Of a stretch of 64,000 nt of DNA, positions 29,761 to 38,932 are shown piece by piece. A program made the translations under genes and the position numbers. The stretch is from Candidatus Kaiserbacteria bacterium (GTDB taxonomy: Bacteria > Patescibacteriota > Minisyncoccia > Phycocordibacterales > UBA2100), in the NCBI GenBank assembly GCA_017134395.1, contig CP070993.1:462199-526198 (forward strand). Direction: 5' to 3'. The notes under the pieces were generated by a model that searched no databases, was not told where the DNA came from, and was given only the letters and a program-made list of their open reading frames with translations. The stretch's first letter is position 1; every line of letters starts with the position of its first letter.

Positions 29761-30783
29761 TTAGTTGTTTGGTAGTTCGCGTACTTCTATAGTACTCGGG
29801 TCAAATTCCTCTACTGGCTCCTCTTCTATTGGAAACACGATATCAAGACCGGCTGCTGCGCGTTCAATAATATACAGAATGTCGTACACAAGACGTTCAG
29901 CGTATACAAGGTCACCTTCCTGCATAGCATTTTCTAATTGCTGCTGTAATTCTACGACACGTTCTTGAGTGAATGTATCGATGTTTACAAGTTCTGCTAC
30001 TCTACTTTCCATAATGCCTATAAGCGCTTCTAGCACCTCTAGTGTGAGTGTTGATTTAGGTGCCTTAAGCAATACTTCAACTGTACTAATTGCACTCTCT
30101 TGAACAACCGTACGTGCCATCATTTCACTTCCCGCCGAAACAGCTGTTTGCGTGTTATCTACAAACATCATCTCTGGTGCCTCCATCGCGAGAGAAGCAG
30201 CTTGAGGTTCTGAATCCATACTAAAGTCTGCGCCACTGAATGCTAATGTACTTTCCTCACGTATCTCTTTACCAATAGCAAAAGCAACGCGGATAGCTTG
30301 AGCCTGCACGGGGTCTGTTTTGCTTAATGTATCGAGTTCTTCTTCTGCTTTTACGATACTCTCATCTACATACGCCATGTTGGCACCACTACCACTCTCT
30401 ACAAGTCTTGTCTGCTCAGCAAAACGTTTATATGTTCTATCTACCGCATAAAGAGCGCGCTCTTTCTCATCGCTAATTGTCGCTAGTTTTATTTCTTCGC
30501 CAGCTGTCTTGACACCAAACAGTACGTCTCCCGGGACAGCATTGGGTGCAGTAAACGAAACGCCAACACCAGAAACAACTAATAATAGCAGTACCGCAAA
30601 TGCTGTATTGAACTGACTAAAAAAGAAGTAGCCTTTAGTAATAGGAGCAGCGGGAACTTCTTTTTGCACAACAGGTGTATATTCCATATATTCAAATATC
30701 TTCTCGCGCATAGCATCTTTCTCCTGCGCACTCATGTGCACATGTGCTCCGATATCTTTCATTGTGTCTTGAAATTTTTTCAT
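29761..30783 (-). CDS. DUF5667-domain putative anti-sigma factor
   Basis: Single TM; AVPGDVLFGVK..EE motif; operonic with ECF sigma. Confidence 0.78.
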   Translation of the reverse strand: MKKFQDTMKDIGAHVHMSAQEKDAMREKIFEYMEYTPVVQKEVPAAPITKGYFFFSQFNTAFAVLLLLVVSGVGVSFTAPNAVPGDVLFGVKTAGEEIKLATISDEKERALYAVDRTYKRFAEQTRLVESGSGANMAYVDESIVKAEEELDTLSKTDPVQAQAIRVAFAIGKEIREESTLAFSGADFSMDSEPQAASLAMEAPEMMFVDNTQTAVSAGSEMMARTVVQESAISTVEVLLKAPKSTLTLEVLEALIGIMESRVAELVNIDTFTQERVVELQQQLENAMQEGDLVYAERLVYDILYIIERAAAGLDIVFPIEEEPVEEFDPSTIEVRELPNN

Positions 30784-30785
30784 AC

Positions 30786-31313
30786 TTATTGTGTAACCAT
30801 ATATTCCTGTAACTTTTTGATGCCGCGGTTTATTCGCACCGATACTGTATTCTCATTCTCGTTCAAAACTTCAGCAATCTCTTTTGGTTGCAATCCATCC
30901 ATAAAACGCATAACGACAACACTCCGATAACTGTCTGGTAACTGCGTAAGGGCACGAGCAAGCTCTTGCGATTGGAGTCCTATCTCTAATTTCTCAATTT
31001 CTTCTTCTAAACTTCCCGTTTGCAATCCCTCAAAATTTCCCTCTGTTACTCCCTCTTGTTCGAGAAGTGCATCAAGTGAAGAACTTTTTTTCTTTCGGTA
31101 CTCGTCAATTATGAGATTGTTGAGCACGCGAAACAAAAACGCTTTATAGTTTTGTATTTCTTTACCGTTTGAAGCTGCATCCCACGTTTTCATAAACGTT
31201 TCTTGTGTGAGCTCGAGAGCTCTCTCGCGATTCGACACACGGAAAGAGCAGTGCCTAAATAGCCCATCTGAATGCTCTTCATATGCTTGTGTGAATGCTT
31301 TTTCCACGTCCAT
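30786..31313 (-). CDS. ECF sigma factor
   Basis: LTQETFMKTW, FLFRVLNNLIIDEYRK, region-4 helix-turn-helix; start set at MDVEK. Confidence 0.93.
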   Translation of the reverse strand: MDVEKAFTQAYEEHSDGLFRHCSFRVSNRERALELTQETFMKTWDAASNGKEIQNYKAFLFRVLNNLIIDEYRKKKSSSLDALLEQEGVTEGNFEGLQTGSLEEEIEKLEIGLQSQELARALTQLPDSYRSVVVMRFMDGLQPKEIAEVLNENENTVSVRINRGIKKLQEYMVTQ

Positions 31314-31424
31314 TGGTGTGTATAGTATCAAAGACGCACCAGATGCGCCTTTCTTTCATATTTAAATCTTAAACAAAGAATACACTTGGCCAAGAATAGT
31401 CTTTCAGATCCTTCTTTTCTTTAC

Positions 31425-31448
31425 ATATTAGCGATTAATCGCTAATAT
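31425..31448. promoter_or_regulatory. Perfect palindrome upstream of TrpR-like gene (putative operator)
   Basis: atattagcgatt|aatcgctaatat. Confidence 0.75.
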
Positions 31449-31455
31449 TTTATAC

Positions 31456-31887
31456 ATGGTTCATATTTCCAAAAACAAAGTCGCTAGTCCCGTCCAAGAA
31501 AAATTGTTTAAAGAGCTCGCTGATCTGTTCGTTGCAAATACAAGCGCAACTGGCTTTTCGAAATTGCTTTTTGAGCTTCTCTCCAAAACAGAGCGGATTA
31601 TGCTCGCGAAGCGAGTTGGCATCATAGGTGCACTGCTCAATGAATACTCGGCATACGAAATTAGTCAGCTATTTAAAGTCAGTACATCTACGGTTATTCG
31701 TATTGAAACGCAAATGCAGCAAGGGAAATTTGACTACATAACGAGCATATTTAAAAAGAAGAAAGCGCGTGCAAGTTTCCTACATATTTTGGAAACAATG
31801 GTGACACTTGGTTTTCCTGGTGTAGCAAATAAGCGTGTGCGCGCTAAGGTACAGCGAGACATGCATGCGTGGAAAGCGGGTGGATAA
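31456..31887 (+). CDS. TrpR/YerC-YecD-like helix-turn-helix protein
   Basis: LLSKTERIMLAKR ... SAYEISQLFKVSTSTVIR. Confidence 0.82.
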   Translation: MVHISKNKVASPVQEKLFKELADLFVANTSATGFSKLLFELLSKTERIMLAKRVGIIGALLNEYSAYEISQLFKVSTSTVIRIETQMQQGKFDYITSIFKKKKARASFLHILETMVTLGFPGVANKRVRAKVQRDMHAWKAGG

Positions 31888-31973
31888 TAACACTAACCCC
31901 GCACAACTAGCACTGCACAGTGACTACACACTTCTCTAAACCTATAATTTGCTACCTGATTTGTATTTGTAGT

Positions 31974-31995
31974 TTTTAGCGATTAATCGCTAAAA
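31974..31995. repeat. Second copy of the TTAGCGATTAATCGCTAA palindrome
   Basis: ttttagcgatt|aatcgctaaaa. Confidence 0.85.
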
Positions 31996-32172
31996 TTCAG
32001 CATTGTAAATCAAAAGAGGAGAGAAGGGGGTTGAAAAAGAGGAAATAGGGGTGGTGCTTCCTGTTGCTGCTTTTTTATTTACGGTATAGTGCTGCGTTGT
32101 TTGTGTCCTGCTGATTGTACAAGGTGTGAATTTCTTTCAAACTATCTCGTAATATTGTAAAATCACCATACT

Positions 32173-32709
32173 ATGTCAGGACACAATAAATGGTCAAAAA
32201 TAAAGCACAAAAAAGCGGCTACTGATGCTGCAAAGAGTAAGGTATTCGGCAAAATGGCAAAACTCATAGCCATAGAGTCGAAAAAAGCAAATGGCGACAT
32301 AACGTCACCTGGATTGCGCGCTGCAATAGAATCAGCAAAGGGAGTAAGTATGCCAAAGGACAATATAGATCGTGCAGTTGCAAAGGGATCTTCTGAAGAA
32401 ACTGCGGCATTGGAATCTATCTTGTACGAGATGTACGGACCAGGTGGAACTGCAGTACTTATTGATATTCTTACTGACAACCGAAACCGCACGGCAGCAG
32501 AAATTCGCCACTTACTTTCAAAACTGGGTGGGTACGAACTCGCAACTCCAGGAAGCGCCGCATGGGCCTTCACAAAGCAAGCCGAAGGAGGATACGAAGC
32601 AAACAGCACTGTTGAAATTTCAGACGAAGATGGTGAAAAACTTGAAGCTCTCATGGAGGCTCTTGATGAACAAGAAGACGTCCAAGACGTTTACACAAAC
32701 GCTGCATAA
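32173..32709 (+). CDS. yebC: YebC/PmpR-family protein (short form)
   Basis: MSGHNKWSKIKHKK, YGPGG, TDNRNRT, DVQDVYTN. Confidence 0.95.
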   Translation: MSGHNKWSKIKHKKAATDAAKSKVFGKMAKLIAIESKKANGDITSPGLRAAIESAKGVSMPKDNIDRAVAKGSSEETAALESILYEMYGPGGTAVLIDILTDNRNRTAAEIRHLLSKLGGYELATPGSAAWAFTKQAEGGYEANSTVEISDEDGEKLEALMEALDEQEDVQDVYTNAA

Positions 32710-32742
32710 TCGCAGCGTTTTTTGTTCGTGTACAATGTGTGT

Positions 32743-33216
32743 ATGAGAATAATCGGTATAGACCCAGGTTATGAACGCCTCGGGATAGCAATTATTGAAA
32801 AAGACACTGGAAAAGAAATTCTAGTTCATAGCGAGTGCTTTCAGACAGATGCAGCACTTCCCTTTCACCAGCGCCTGCACAAAGTCGGCGAACGTATAGA
32901 GGCACTTGTTTCAGAATATTCACCAAAACAACTCGCACTAGAGAACGTTTTCTTTAACACCAACCAAAAAACTGCAATGGATGTTGCGGCTGTTCGTGGG
33001 GTTTTATTATATGTAGGAAAGTCACTGAACTTAGAAACATTTGAGTACACACCTCCTCAAATAAAGTCCGCAGTGGGTGGAAGTGGGCGTGCAGATAAAA
33101 AAGCGGTAGCTTCAATGATTCATAACCTAATAGATATCAACAAGGAAATTCGCTTAGATGATGAGTACGATGCTATTGCAGTAGCACTTACACACAGTGC
33201 TATCCACAGAAAATAA
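32743..33216 (+). CDS. ruvC: Holliday junction resolvase RuvC
   Basis: IIGIDPG, LENVFF, YTP.QIK, GRADK, DDEYDA. Confidence 0.96.
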   Translation: MRIIGIDPGYERLGIAIIEKDTGKEILVHSECFQTDAALPFHQRLHKVGERIEALVSEYSPKQLALENVFFNTNQKTAMDVAAVRGVLLYVGKSLNLETFEYTPPQIKSAVGGSGRADKKAVASMIHNLIDINKEIRLDDEYDAIAVALTHSAIHRK

Positions 33217-33380
33217 CTAGTTGTCCTCTCTTATTTTAAAGTTATTCCCGCTTAGAGCTTAGTTATTCACTCGCTTTCCACATTCTAATGGTAGTTATCC
33301 ACAACTTATTCCCTATTGAAAAAGGTTTTATATTTGGTACAAAAGTGACGGAGTATTAGTAAAATATTTTGTTATACACA
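33200..33380 (+). promoter_or_regulatory. Co-oriented DnaA-box array
   Basis: Box-like 9-mers at 33200, 33221, 33242, 33263, 33274, 33295 (perfect TTATCCACA), 33306 and 33372 (TTATACACA). Confidence 0.7.
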
Positions 33381-33382
33381 CT

Positions 33383-33592
33383 ATGATGTTGGATGAAGAA
33401 AACAACGATTTGTCAGAGGCATTTGACGATGCGTTTGATGAAGAAGACGAGGAAGATGTCGAGGAAGAGGAAATTCCTTTAGAAAACGGAGAAACTGGTA
33501 GTGAAGACGACGACGAGAGTTTGTGGGAGGATGATGAAGATGATAACGAAGCTCCCGAGATTCCTTTCTCAGACGACGAGCCGCGGCTCTAA
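33383..33592 (+). CDS. Very acidic 69-aa protein
   Basis: More than half Asp/Glu; followed by a bidirectional terminator. Confidence 0.65.
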   Translation: MMLDEENNDLSEAFDDAFDEEDEEDVEEEEIPLENGETGSEDDDESLWEDDEDDNEAPEIPFSDDEPRL

Positions 33593-33606
33593 TTAGCGCC
33601 AAAATG

Positions 33607-33637
33607 AACAAACGCCTCAGTCACTGAGGCGTTTGTT
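33607..33637. terminator. Bidirectional terminator between the acidic ORF and tyrS
   Basis: aacaaacgcctcag-tca-ctgaggcgtttgtt. Confidence 0.8.
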
Positions 33638-34855
33638 TTATACCTTAATTTCCAAGAACCTGTGTTTTCCTATTTTATATATTCCTGAAGTGGCAATGGC
33701 AGCTGTGTTGTCGATTTTTGTATTAGTTGTCTTGTTGGTGATAGCCCCAGCTTCCACTAAACGTTTAAAGTCAGTTTTAGATTCCACAACACCTGCTTCA
33801 AGGAACACGTCTACAAGAACGTCTCCTTTTTTTATTGAAGTGCTTTGTACATTTTCTGGTATACCTCCTTTTTGAAAAGTCGAGATGAATACCTCTTGAG
33901 CGGTAACTGCTTCTTTATCGCTATGAAAGAGACTCACAATTGCATGCGCAAGACGCATCTTAGTATCTCGCAAGTTCACTGTTTTCGCAGTTAGACCTTC
34001 TGTGATTTCGGTAACCTCAGCCATAGGTAGTCGCGTTAGGTTCGTGAAATACACTGGCATGACTTCGTCATTCACACGCATCACTTTTGCATACATTTCC
34101 GCCGGAGATTCAGTAAGGTTGATTGTATTGCCCCAACTTGAACTCATCTTGCGTCCGTCAGTTCCTTCAATTAAAGGATTCATAATAATGTCTTGTCGTT
34201 CTTGTCCAAAGTGTTCTTGTAGTGTTCTTCCTGCAAGTAAGTTGAATCGCTGGTCGGTACCACCTAATTCAACATCGGCTTTAAGTGCAACACTGTCGTA
34301 GCCCTGCATAAGTGGATACAACATTTCGCGAAGCGATACACGCTTCCCTGCGTCAAGACGCTTCTTGATATTGTCGCGTGCTATGAAATCTGCAACGGAA
34401 AATTGGTCGGCGTGCATACCAATTTCTTCATAGGTAAGTTTGTGTAACCATTCAGAGTTGCGGCGTTTCTCTACCTTCCTCATGTCGAGTATTGCGCTAG
34501 CCTGCTCGAAGTAGGTACTCATATTTTCTAATACCAATTCCCTTGTGAGCATTGGGCGCTCACTTTCTTTATCAGAAGTATCTCCAACTACACCAGTTCC
34601 GTCACCAATTACCAACACAACTTGATGTCCAAGTTTTTGAAAATCTCGGAGTTTAAGTAGTGGTACTGCTCGCCCTAAATGAAGATTGGGGCTTGTTGGA
34701 TCTATTCCTAACTTAATACGTAGCTGTCGTCCTGAGAGCAGCTTCTTTTTAAGAGAATCGTACTGAATAACTTCAGCAACGCCACGAGTGAGTAATTCTT
34801 CTATCTTTGCTTCGTCTGTACTAACAGCCGTGCTTTTAAAAAAGTTTGAAAACAT
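33638..34855 (-). CDS. tyrS: Tyrosyl-tRNA synthetase
   Basis: GIDPT..HLGR, YPLMQGYD, GGTDQ, KMSSS, C-terminal S4-like domain. Confidence 0.97.
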   Translation of the reverse strand: MFSNFFKSTAVSTDEAKIEELLTRGVAEVIQYDSLKKKLLSGRQLRIKLGIDPTSPNLHLGRAVPLLKLRDFQKLGHQVVLVIGDGTGVVGDTSDKESERPMLTRELVLENMSTYFEQASAILDMRKVEKRRNSEWLHKLTYEEIGMHADQFSVADFIARDNIKKRLDAGKRVSLREMLYPLMQGYDSVALKADVELGGTDQRFNLLAGRTLQEHFGQERQDIIMNPLIEGTDGRKMSSSWGNTINLTESPAEMYAKVMRVNDEVMPVYFTNLTRLPMAEVTEITEGLTAKTVNLRDTKMRLAHAIVSLFHSDKEAVTAQEVFISTFQKGGIPENVQSTSIKKGDVLVDVFLEAGVVESKTDFKRLVEAGAITNKTTNTKIDNTAAIATSGIYKIGKHRFLEIKV

Positions 34856-34903
34856 GGGTTAAATACTACACCAAATCACTGTTTCATGGTACCTTTTGTT
34901 TTA

Positions 34904-37309
34904 ATGAAGCGAATATTTCGTAACTTCTTTATAACCTCTGTAGCACTAGGGCTTTTTGTCGTAAGTGGTGTTTTTCTGTGGGTAGCAACTCTTGAAATTC
35001 CCACTCTCGATGGCTTTGCTGCGCGACAGATAACTCAATCAACAAAAATCTATGACCGAACCGGAGAAGTTCTCCTCTTTGATTTACACGAGGATATTCG
35101 TCGAACAGTAGTCCCACTTGAGGACATGTCTCGTAATCTAAAAAATGCAACTATCGCTATTGAGGATGCAGAATTTTATAGTCACTACGGTATTCGTCCT
35201 GGTCGTACGTTGAAAGCAGTGTACGACAACATAACAACTGGAGACCTACTCGGCGGACAAGGTGGCTCCACAATTACTCAACAGGTAATTAAAAATACCC
35301 TTCTCACACGCGATAAAAAAATATCTCGAAAGGTAAAGGAGTGGATTTTGGCACTAAAGATTGAACAGATTTTAGAAAAAGATGAAATTCTCGAACTCTA
35401 TTTAAACGAAGCACCATATGGTGGAAATATATATGGCGCTGAAGAAGCTTCACAGCATTTTTATGCAAAATCTGCTAGCGAACTCACTCTCGTTGAAGCG
35501 GCATATCTAGCAGCTCTCCCGCAAGCACCAAGTCGGTACTCTCCCTATGGAAACCGTACTGACCTGTTGGAGGATAGAAAAAATTTAGTCCTTACACAAA
35601 TGCTTCAGGGTGGTTTTATTACACAAGAAGAGTATGACGAAGCATCAACGGAGATTGTAGAGTTCGAACAATATGGTGATACAAATATTAAAGCTCCCCA
35701 CTTTGTCTTTTATGTACGAGAGTATCTCGAAGAAAAATATGGCCGGGAAGCTGTGTATGAAAGTGGATTAAAGGTTATAACCACACTGAATTACGACCTG
35801 CAAAAAATTGGAGAAGAAGTTGTTGCAGAATTTGCGTATAAAAATGAGGAAGATTTTAATGCCGAGAATGCAGCACTTGTTGCCATTGACCCAAAGACAG
35901 GCCACATTCTCACAATGGTAGGATCACGTAACTATTTTGATGAAGATATAGACGGTAAATTTAATATTACAACTGCGTATCGTCAACCAGGGTCTACATT
36001 TAAACCAATTGTGTATGCCTCCGCATTCGAACAGGGATATACTCCAGAAACTGTTGTGTTTGATGTCCCTACGCAATTCTCAACAAACTGCGAACCAAAT
36101 AACTTTAGTAGTGCAGATGGATGCTATTCACCAGTAAACTATGATGGTGTGTTCCGAGGACCAATGACATTCCGTAACGCGCTGGCTCAGTCAATAAACA
36201 TCCCTGCCGTCAAAGCTTTGTACTTAGTTGGTGTAAACACAGCGCTTGAAACAGCTCAAAAACTTGGTATAGAAAGTCTTGCTGAAAATGTCAATTATTA
36301 CGGGCTTCCTTTAGTACTTGGGGGTGGTGAAGTGTCTCCATTAGAAATAACGAGTGCTTACGGAGTGTTCGCAAACGATGGAGTACGACATCCTCACACT
36401 GCTATTTTACGCGTTGAAGATTCCGCTGGGACAGTCCTAGAAGAGTATGAGGAAAATGAGGGTAAACAAGTGATTTTAGAACAAACAGCTCGTTCAGTTT
36501 CGAGTGTCCTTACTGATATCCAAGCCCGCACGCCAGCATACGGTGAAAATTCATTTTCGTTTGGCTCTCAGCAAGTCGCAATTAAGACTGGTACGACTAA
36601 TGATTTTAGGGATGTATGGATAATGGGTTACACACCTTCGATTGCAGTAGGAACATGGGGAGGAAATAATGACAACTCTCCTATTGTTAAGAAGGTTGCA
36701 GGGTTTGTTCTTGCTCCAATGTGGCGCGCGTACATGGACAGAGCTCTGCCATTAGTAGAAGCTGAAAACTTTGAACCGCCAATACCTGAAGAAGATGTGG
36801 AGACTTTGAAGCCAGTACTTCGTGGGTTCTGGCAAGGATCGACTGCATCTACCACCTCGAGTGTTCATTCCATACTCCACTGGGCCTCTAAAAATGACCC
36901 GAGAGGACCCGTTCCTTCAAATCCGACCCAAGACCCCCAATATGAATCATGGGAGTATGCGGTTAATGTGTGGGCTCAGGAGAACACACCACAACTAGCG
37001 GGAGGTTTTAATTCAGGTATTAGTAACCAAAATATAAACATGCAAGAAAGTATAAAAATACTCTCACCAGTAACAGGTGGTGTGTATAAGGAAGGAGAAA
37101 TTCTTTCAGTGTTGGTTGGTACAAACAATTCACTTCCTATTACGTCAGTAGACTACTATTTTAATGATGTCTTTCTAGGAAACTCGAATCAAAAACCGTA
37201 TACATTAAGCATTATCCCAAGTGGTAAAGGTGAACAAACCATTACAGTTACCGGCCGAGGTGGTGATGCTTTAAACTACACAACTGAAGTTACTTTCCAG
37301 GTGGACTAA
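34904..37309 (+). CDS. Class A penicillin-binding protein with C-terminal Ig-like domain
   Basis: EDAEF, GGSTITQQ, RKVKE; STFK, SIN, KTG. Confidence 0.95.
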   Translation: MKRIFRNFFITSVALGLFVVSGVFLWVATLEIPTLDGFAARQITQSTKIYDRTGEVLLFDLHEDIRRTVVPLEDMSRNLKNATIAIEDAEFYSHYGIRPGRTLKAVYDNITTGDLLGGQGGSTITQQVIKNTLLTRDKKISRKVKEWILALKIEQILEKDEILELYLNEAPYGGNIYGAEEASQHFYAKSASELTLVEAAYLAALPQAPSRYSPYGNRTDLLEDRKNLVLTQMLQGGFITQEEYDEASTEIVEFEQYGDTNIKAPHFVFYVREYLEEKYGREAVYESGLKVITTLNYDLQKIGEEVVAEFAYKNEEDFNAENAALVAIDPKTGHILTMVGSRNYFDEDIDGKFNITTAYRQPGSTFKPIVYASAFEQGYTPETVVFDVPTQFSTNCEPNNFSSADGCYSPVNYDGVFRGPMTFRNALAQSINIPAVKALYLVGVNTALETAQKLGIESLAENVNYYGLPLVLGGGEVSPLEITSAYGVFANDGVRHPHTAILRVEDSAGTVLEEYEENEGKQVILEQTARSVSSVLTDIQARTPAYGENSFSFGSQQVAIKTGTTNDFRDVWIMGYTPSIAVGTWGGNNDNSPIVKKVAGFVLAPMWRAYMDRALPLVEAENFEPPIPEEDVETLKPVLRGFWQGSTASTTSSVHSILHWASKNDPRGPVPSNPTQDPQYESWEYAVNVWAQENTPQLAGGFNSGISNQNINMQESIKILSPVTGGVYKEGEILSVLVGTNNSLPITSVDYYFNDVFLGNSNQKPYTLSIIPSGKGEQTITVTGRGGDALNYTTEVTFQVD

Positions 37310-37318
37310 TACTGTTTT

Positions 37319-37579
37319 TTAGAAAATAGCAGTGAGGGCATTCTTATCACCCATCTCTTTATTTACTTTTTTTAGAATATCTTGTTGATTAAAGCGTATC
37401 TCACTTTTAATAACCGAAGGTGCATTCACATGTGCTGTGTGTTTATTTATTTTTACGTCTTTTTTGTCTATGACAAAATCTATCGTTTCCTCCACTGCTT
37501 TTATGAACGCTTTTTTGATCGTAGCATCAGGAGCTTGAATATGTGCGTATCTGTCGAGTAGATTGTTGATTATTTTCAT
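37319..37579 (-). CDS. DciA/DUF721-like small protein
   Basis: Directly after dnaN; HVNAPSVIKSEIRFNQQDILKKVN resembles the DciA KH-like pattern. Confidence 0.55.
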   Translation of the reverse strand: MKIINNLLDRYAHIQAPDATIKKAFIKAVEETIDFVIDKKDVKINKHTAHVNAPSVIKSEIRFNQQDILKKVNKEMGDKNALTAIF

Positions 37580-37581
37580 AC

Positions 37582-38685
37582 CTACTTGTTCATTGGCATA
37601 ACAAGATAAATAAATGAGTTATCACTTACGCCTTTCACAATGAGTGGTTTTCCAAATCCTGCAAAAGACAAAGATACACTGTCAGTAGTGATTGATTGAA
37701 ATACATCTATAAGATATTTATGATTAAAGCTTATATCTAAGTCTTCTCCTGTTATAGCAGCGTCGAGGGAATCAAATATTTCACCAACATCGTTGTTTCT
37801 AGCACTAATAGTGAATGTCTTTTTTTGAGGGTACACATGAAGTGTAATTTGGCCAAATTTATCAGAGAATATTTGAGCTTTTTTTAGTGTATTTAAAAGA
37901 TCTTCTTTCAACACTACAACTTCTGTTGTTGTTTCTTTAGGAAGAATGCTTCTGTAGTCAGGAAAAGAGCCATCTATAATGCGAGAGGTTATATATAAAT
38001 CACCACTTTTAATCGAATATTGGTTTTCGTCAATAAATACCTCGAGGTCTTGGTTTTGTTGTGATTCTAAGATACGAACAAGTTCTGTAGTGTTTTTTAC
38101 AGGCATTATTGTAGTAGGTAGTTCTTCTTCTGTTTTATAGTGTACTTTTTTTTCAGCCAGGCGAAACGAGTCAGTGGCAACGAATACTAAATTTTCATCT
38201 TCATGGTACATGTATACACTAGCGAGCTCTGGTTTAATTAGTGAAGTTGATGCACTGTATAAAACACTCTTTACACCTTTAATGAGGCTTTCTTTAGGTA
38301 TTATGTGTTTATTTTTAGTTTCTGGTTTAGGAATTGTTGGGAAGTCATCTAGTGGGATTGTCTTAATTGTTGTTTTTGCACCACCTATTACCAACACTAT
38401 AGATCCTTCAATAAGTTCTAGTGATACTTTAGATTGTTGTGGTGATGTCTTTAAGGTTGAGTGTAGTATTTGAGCAGGAATTGCTACAGATCCTTCTATT
38501 TTTACATCTGCTGAGAATTTTATTTCAATACTTAATTCTAGATTTGTTGAGCGTATAGTTACATTCTTACCTTCTGCTTCAAACACCAAACATCTGAGCA
38601 CTGGGAGTGTTGCTGAATTAGACACCACTCTTGATGTGGTATCCACAGCCTCTTCAAGGTCTTTTTTTAAACATTCTAATTTCAT
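37582..38685 (-). CDS. dnaN: DNA polymerase III beta clamp
   Basis: STNLE, ATDSFRL, GSFPDY, YLVMPM. Confidence 0.97.
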   Translation of the reverse strand: MKLECLKKDLEEAVDTTSRVVSNSATLPVLRCLVFEAEGKNVTIRSTNLELSIEIKFSADVKIEGSVAIPAQILHSTLKTSPQQSKVSLELIEGSIVLVIGGAKTTIKTIPLDDFPTIPKPETKNKHIIPKESLIKGVKSVLYSASTSLIKPELASVYMYHEDENLVFVATDSFRLAEKKVHYKTEEELPTTIMPVKNTTELVRILESQQNQDLEVFIDENQYSIKSGDLYITSRIIDGSFPDYRSILPKETTTEVVVLKEDLLNTLKKAQIFSDKFGQITLHVYPQKKTFTISARNNDVGEIFDSLDAAITGEDLDISFNHKYLIDVFQSITTDSVSLSFAGFGKPLIVKGVSDNSFIYLVMPMNK

Positions 38686-38932
38686 ACGTATTTTTTATTT
38701 TCCTCAACGTTTATATATTAGGACTGTGTGTATGTGGACAAAGGTATAAGTACCTAAAGTATTAAACACTTTTTAAATAAATACTCTGTGGGTTACTAGG
38801 TGAGAAACAAACAATAAGAGTGTTAACAACTAATACCTAAAAAATATTTTAAGATTTTTTGTGGACAACCTTTTAATAATTAACATAGTTATCAACACCA
38901 AATCCCAACATCTACACACAACTAATTAACAC
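38686..38932. other. oriC sub-region between dnaA and dnaN
   Basis: AT-rich; tgtggacaa at 38733 and 38860, ttatcaaca at 38889. Confidence 0.65.
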
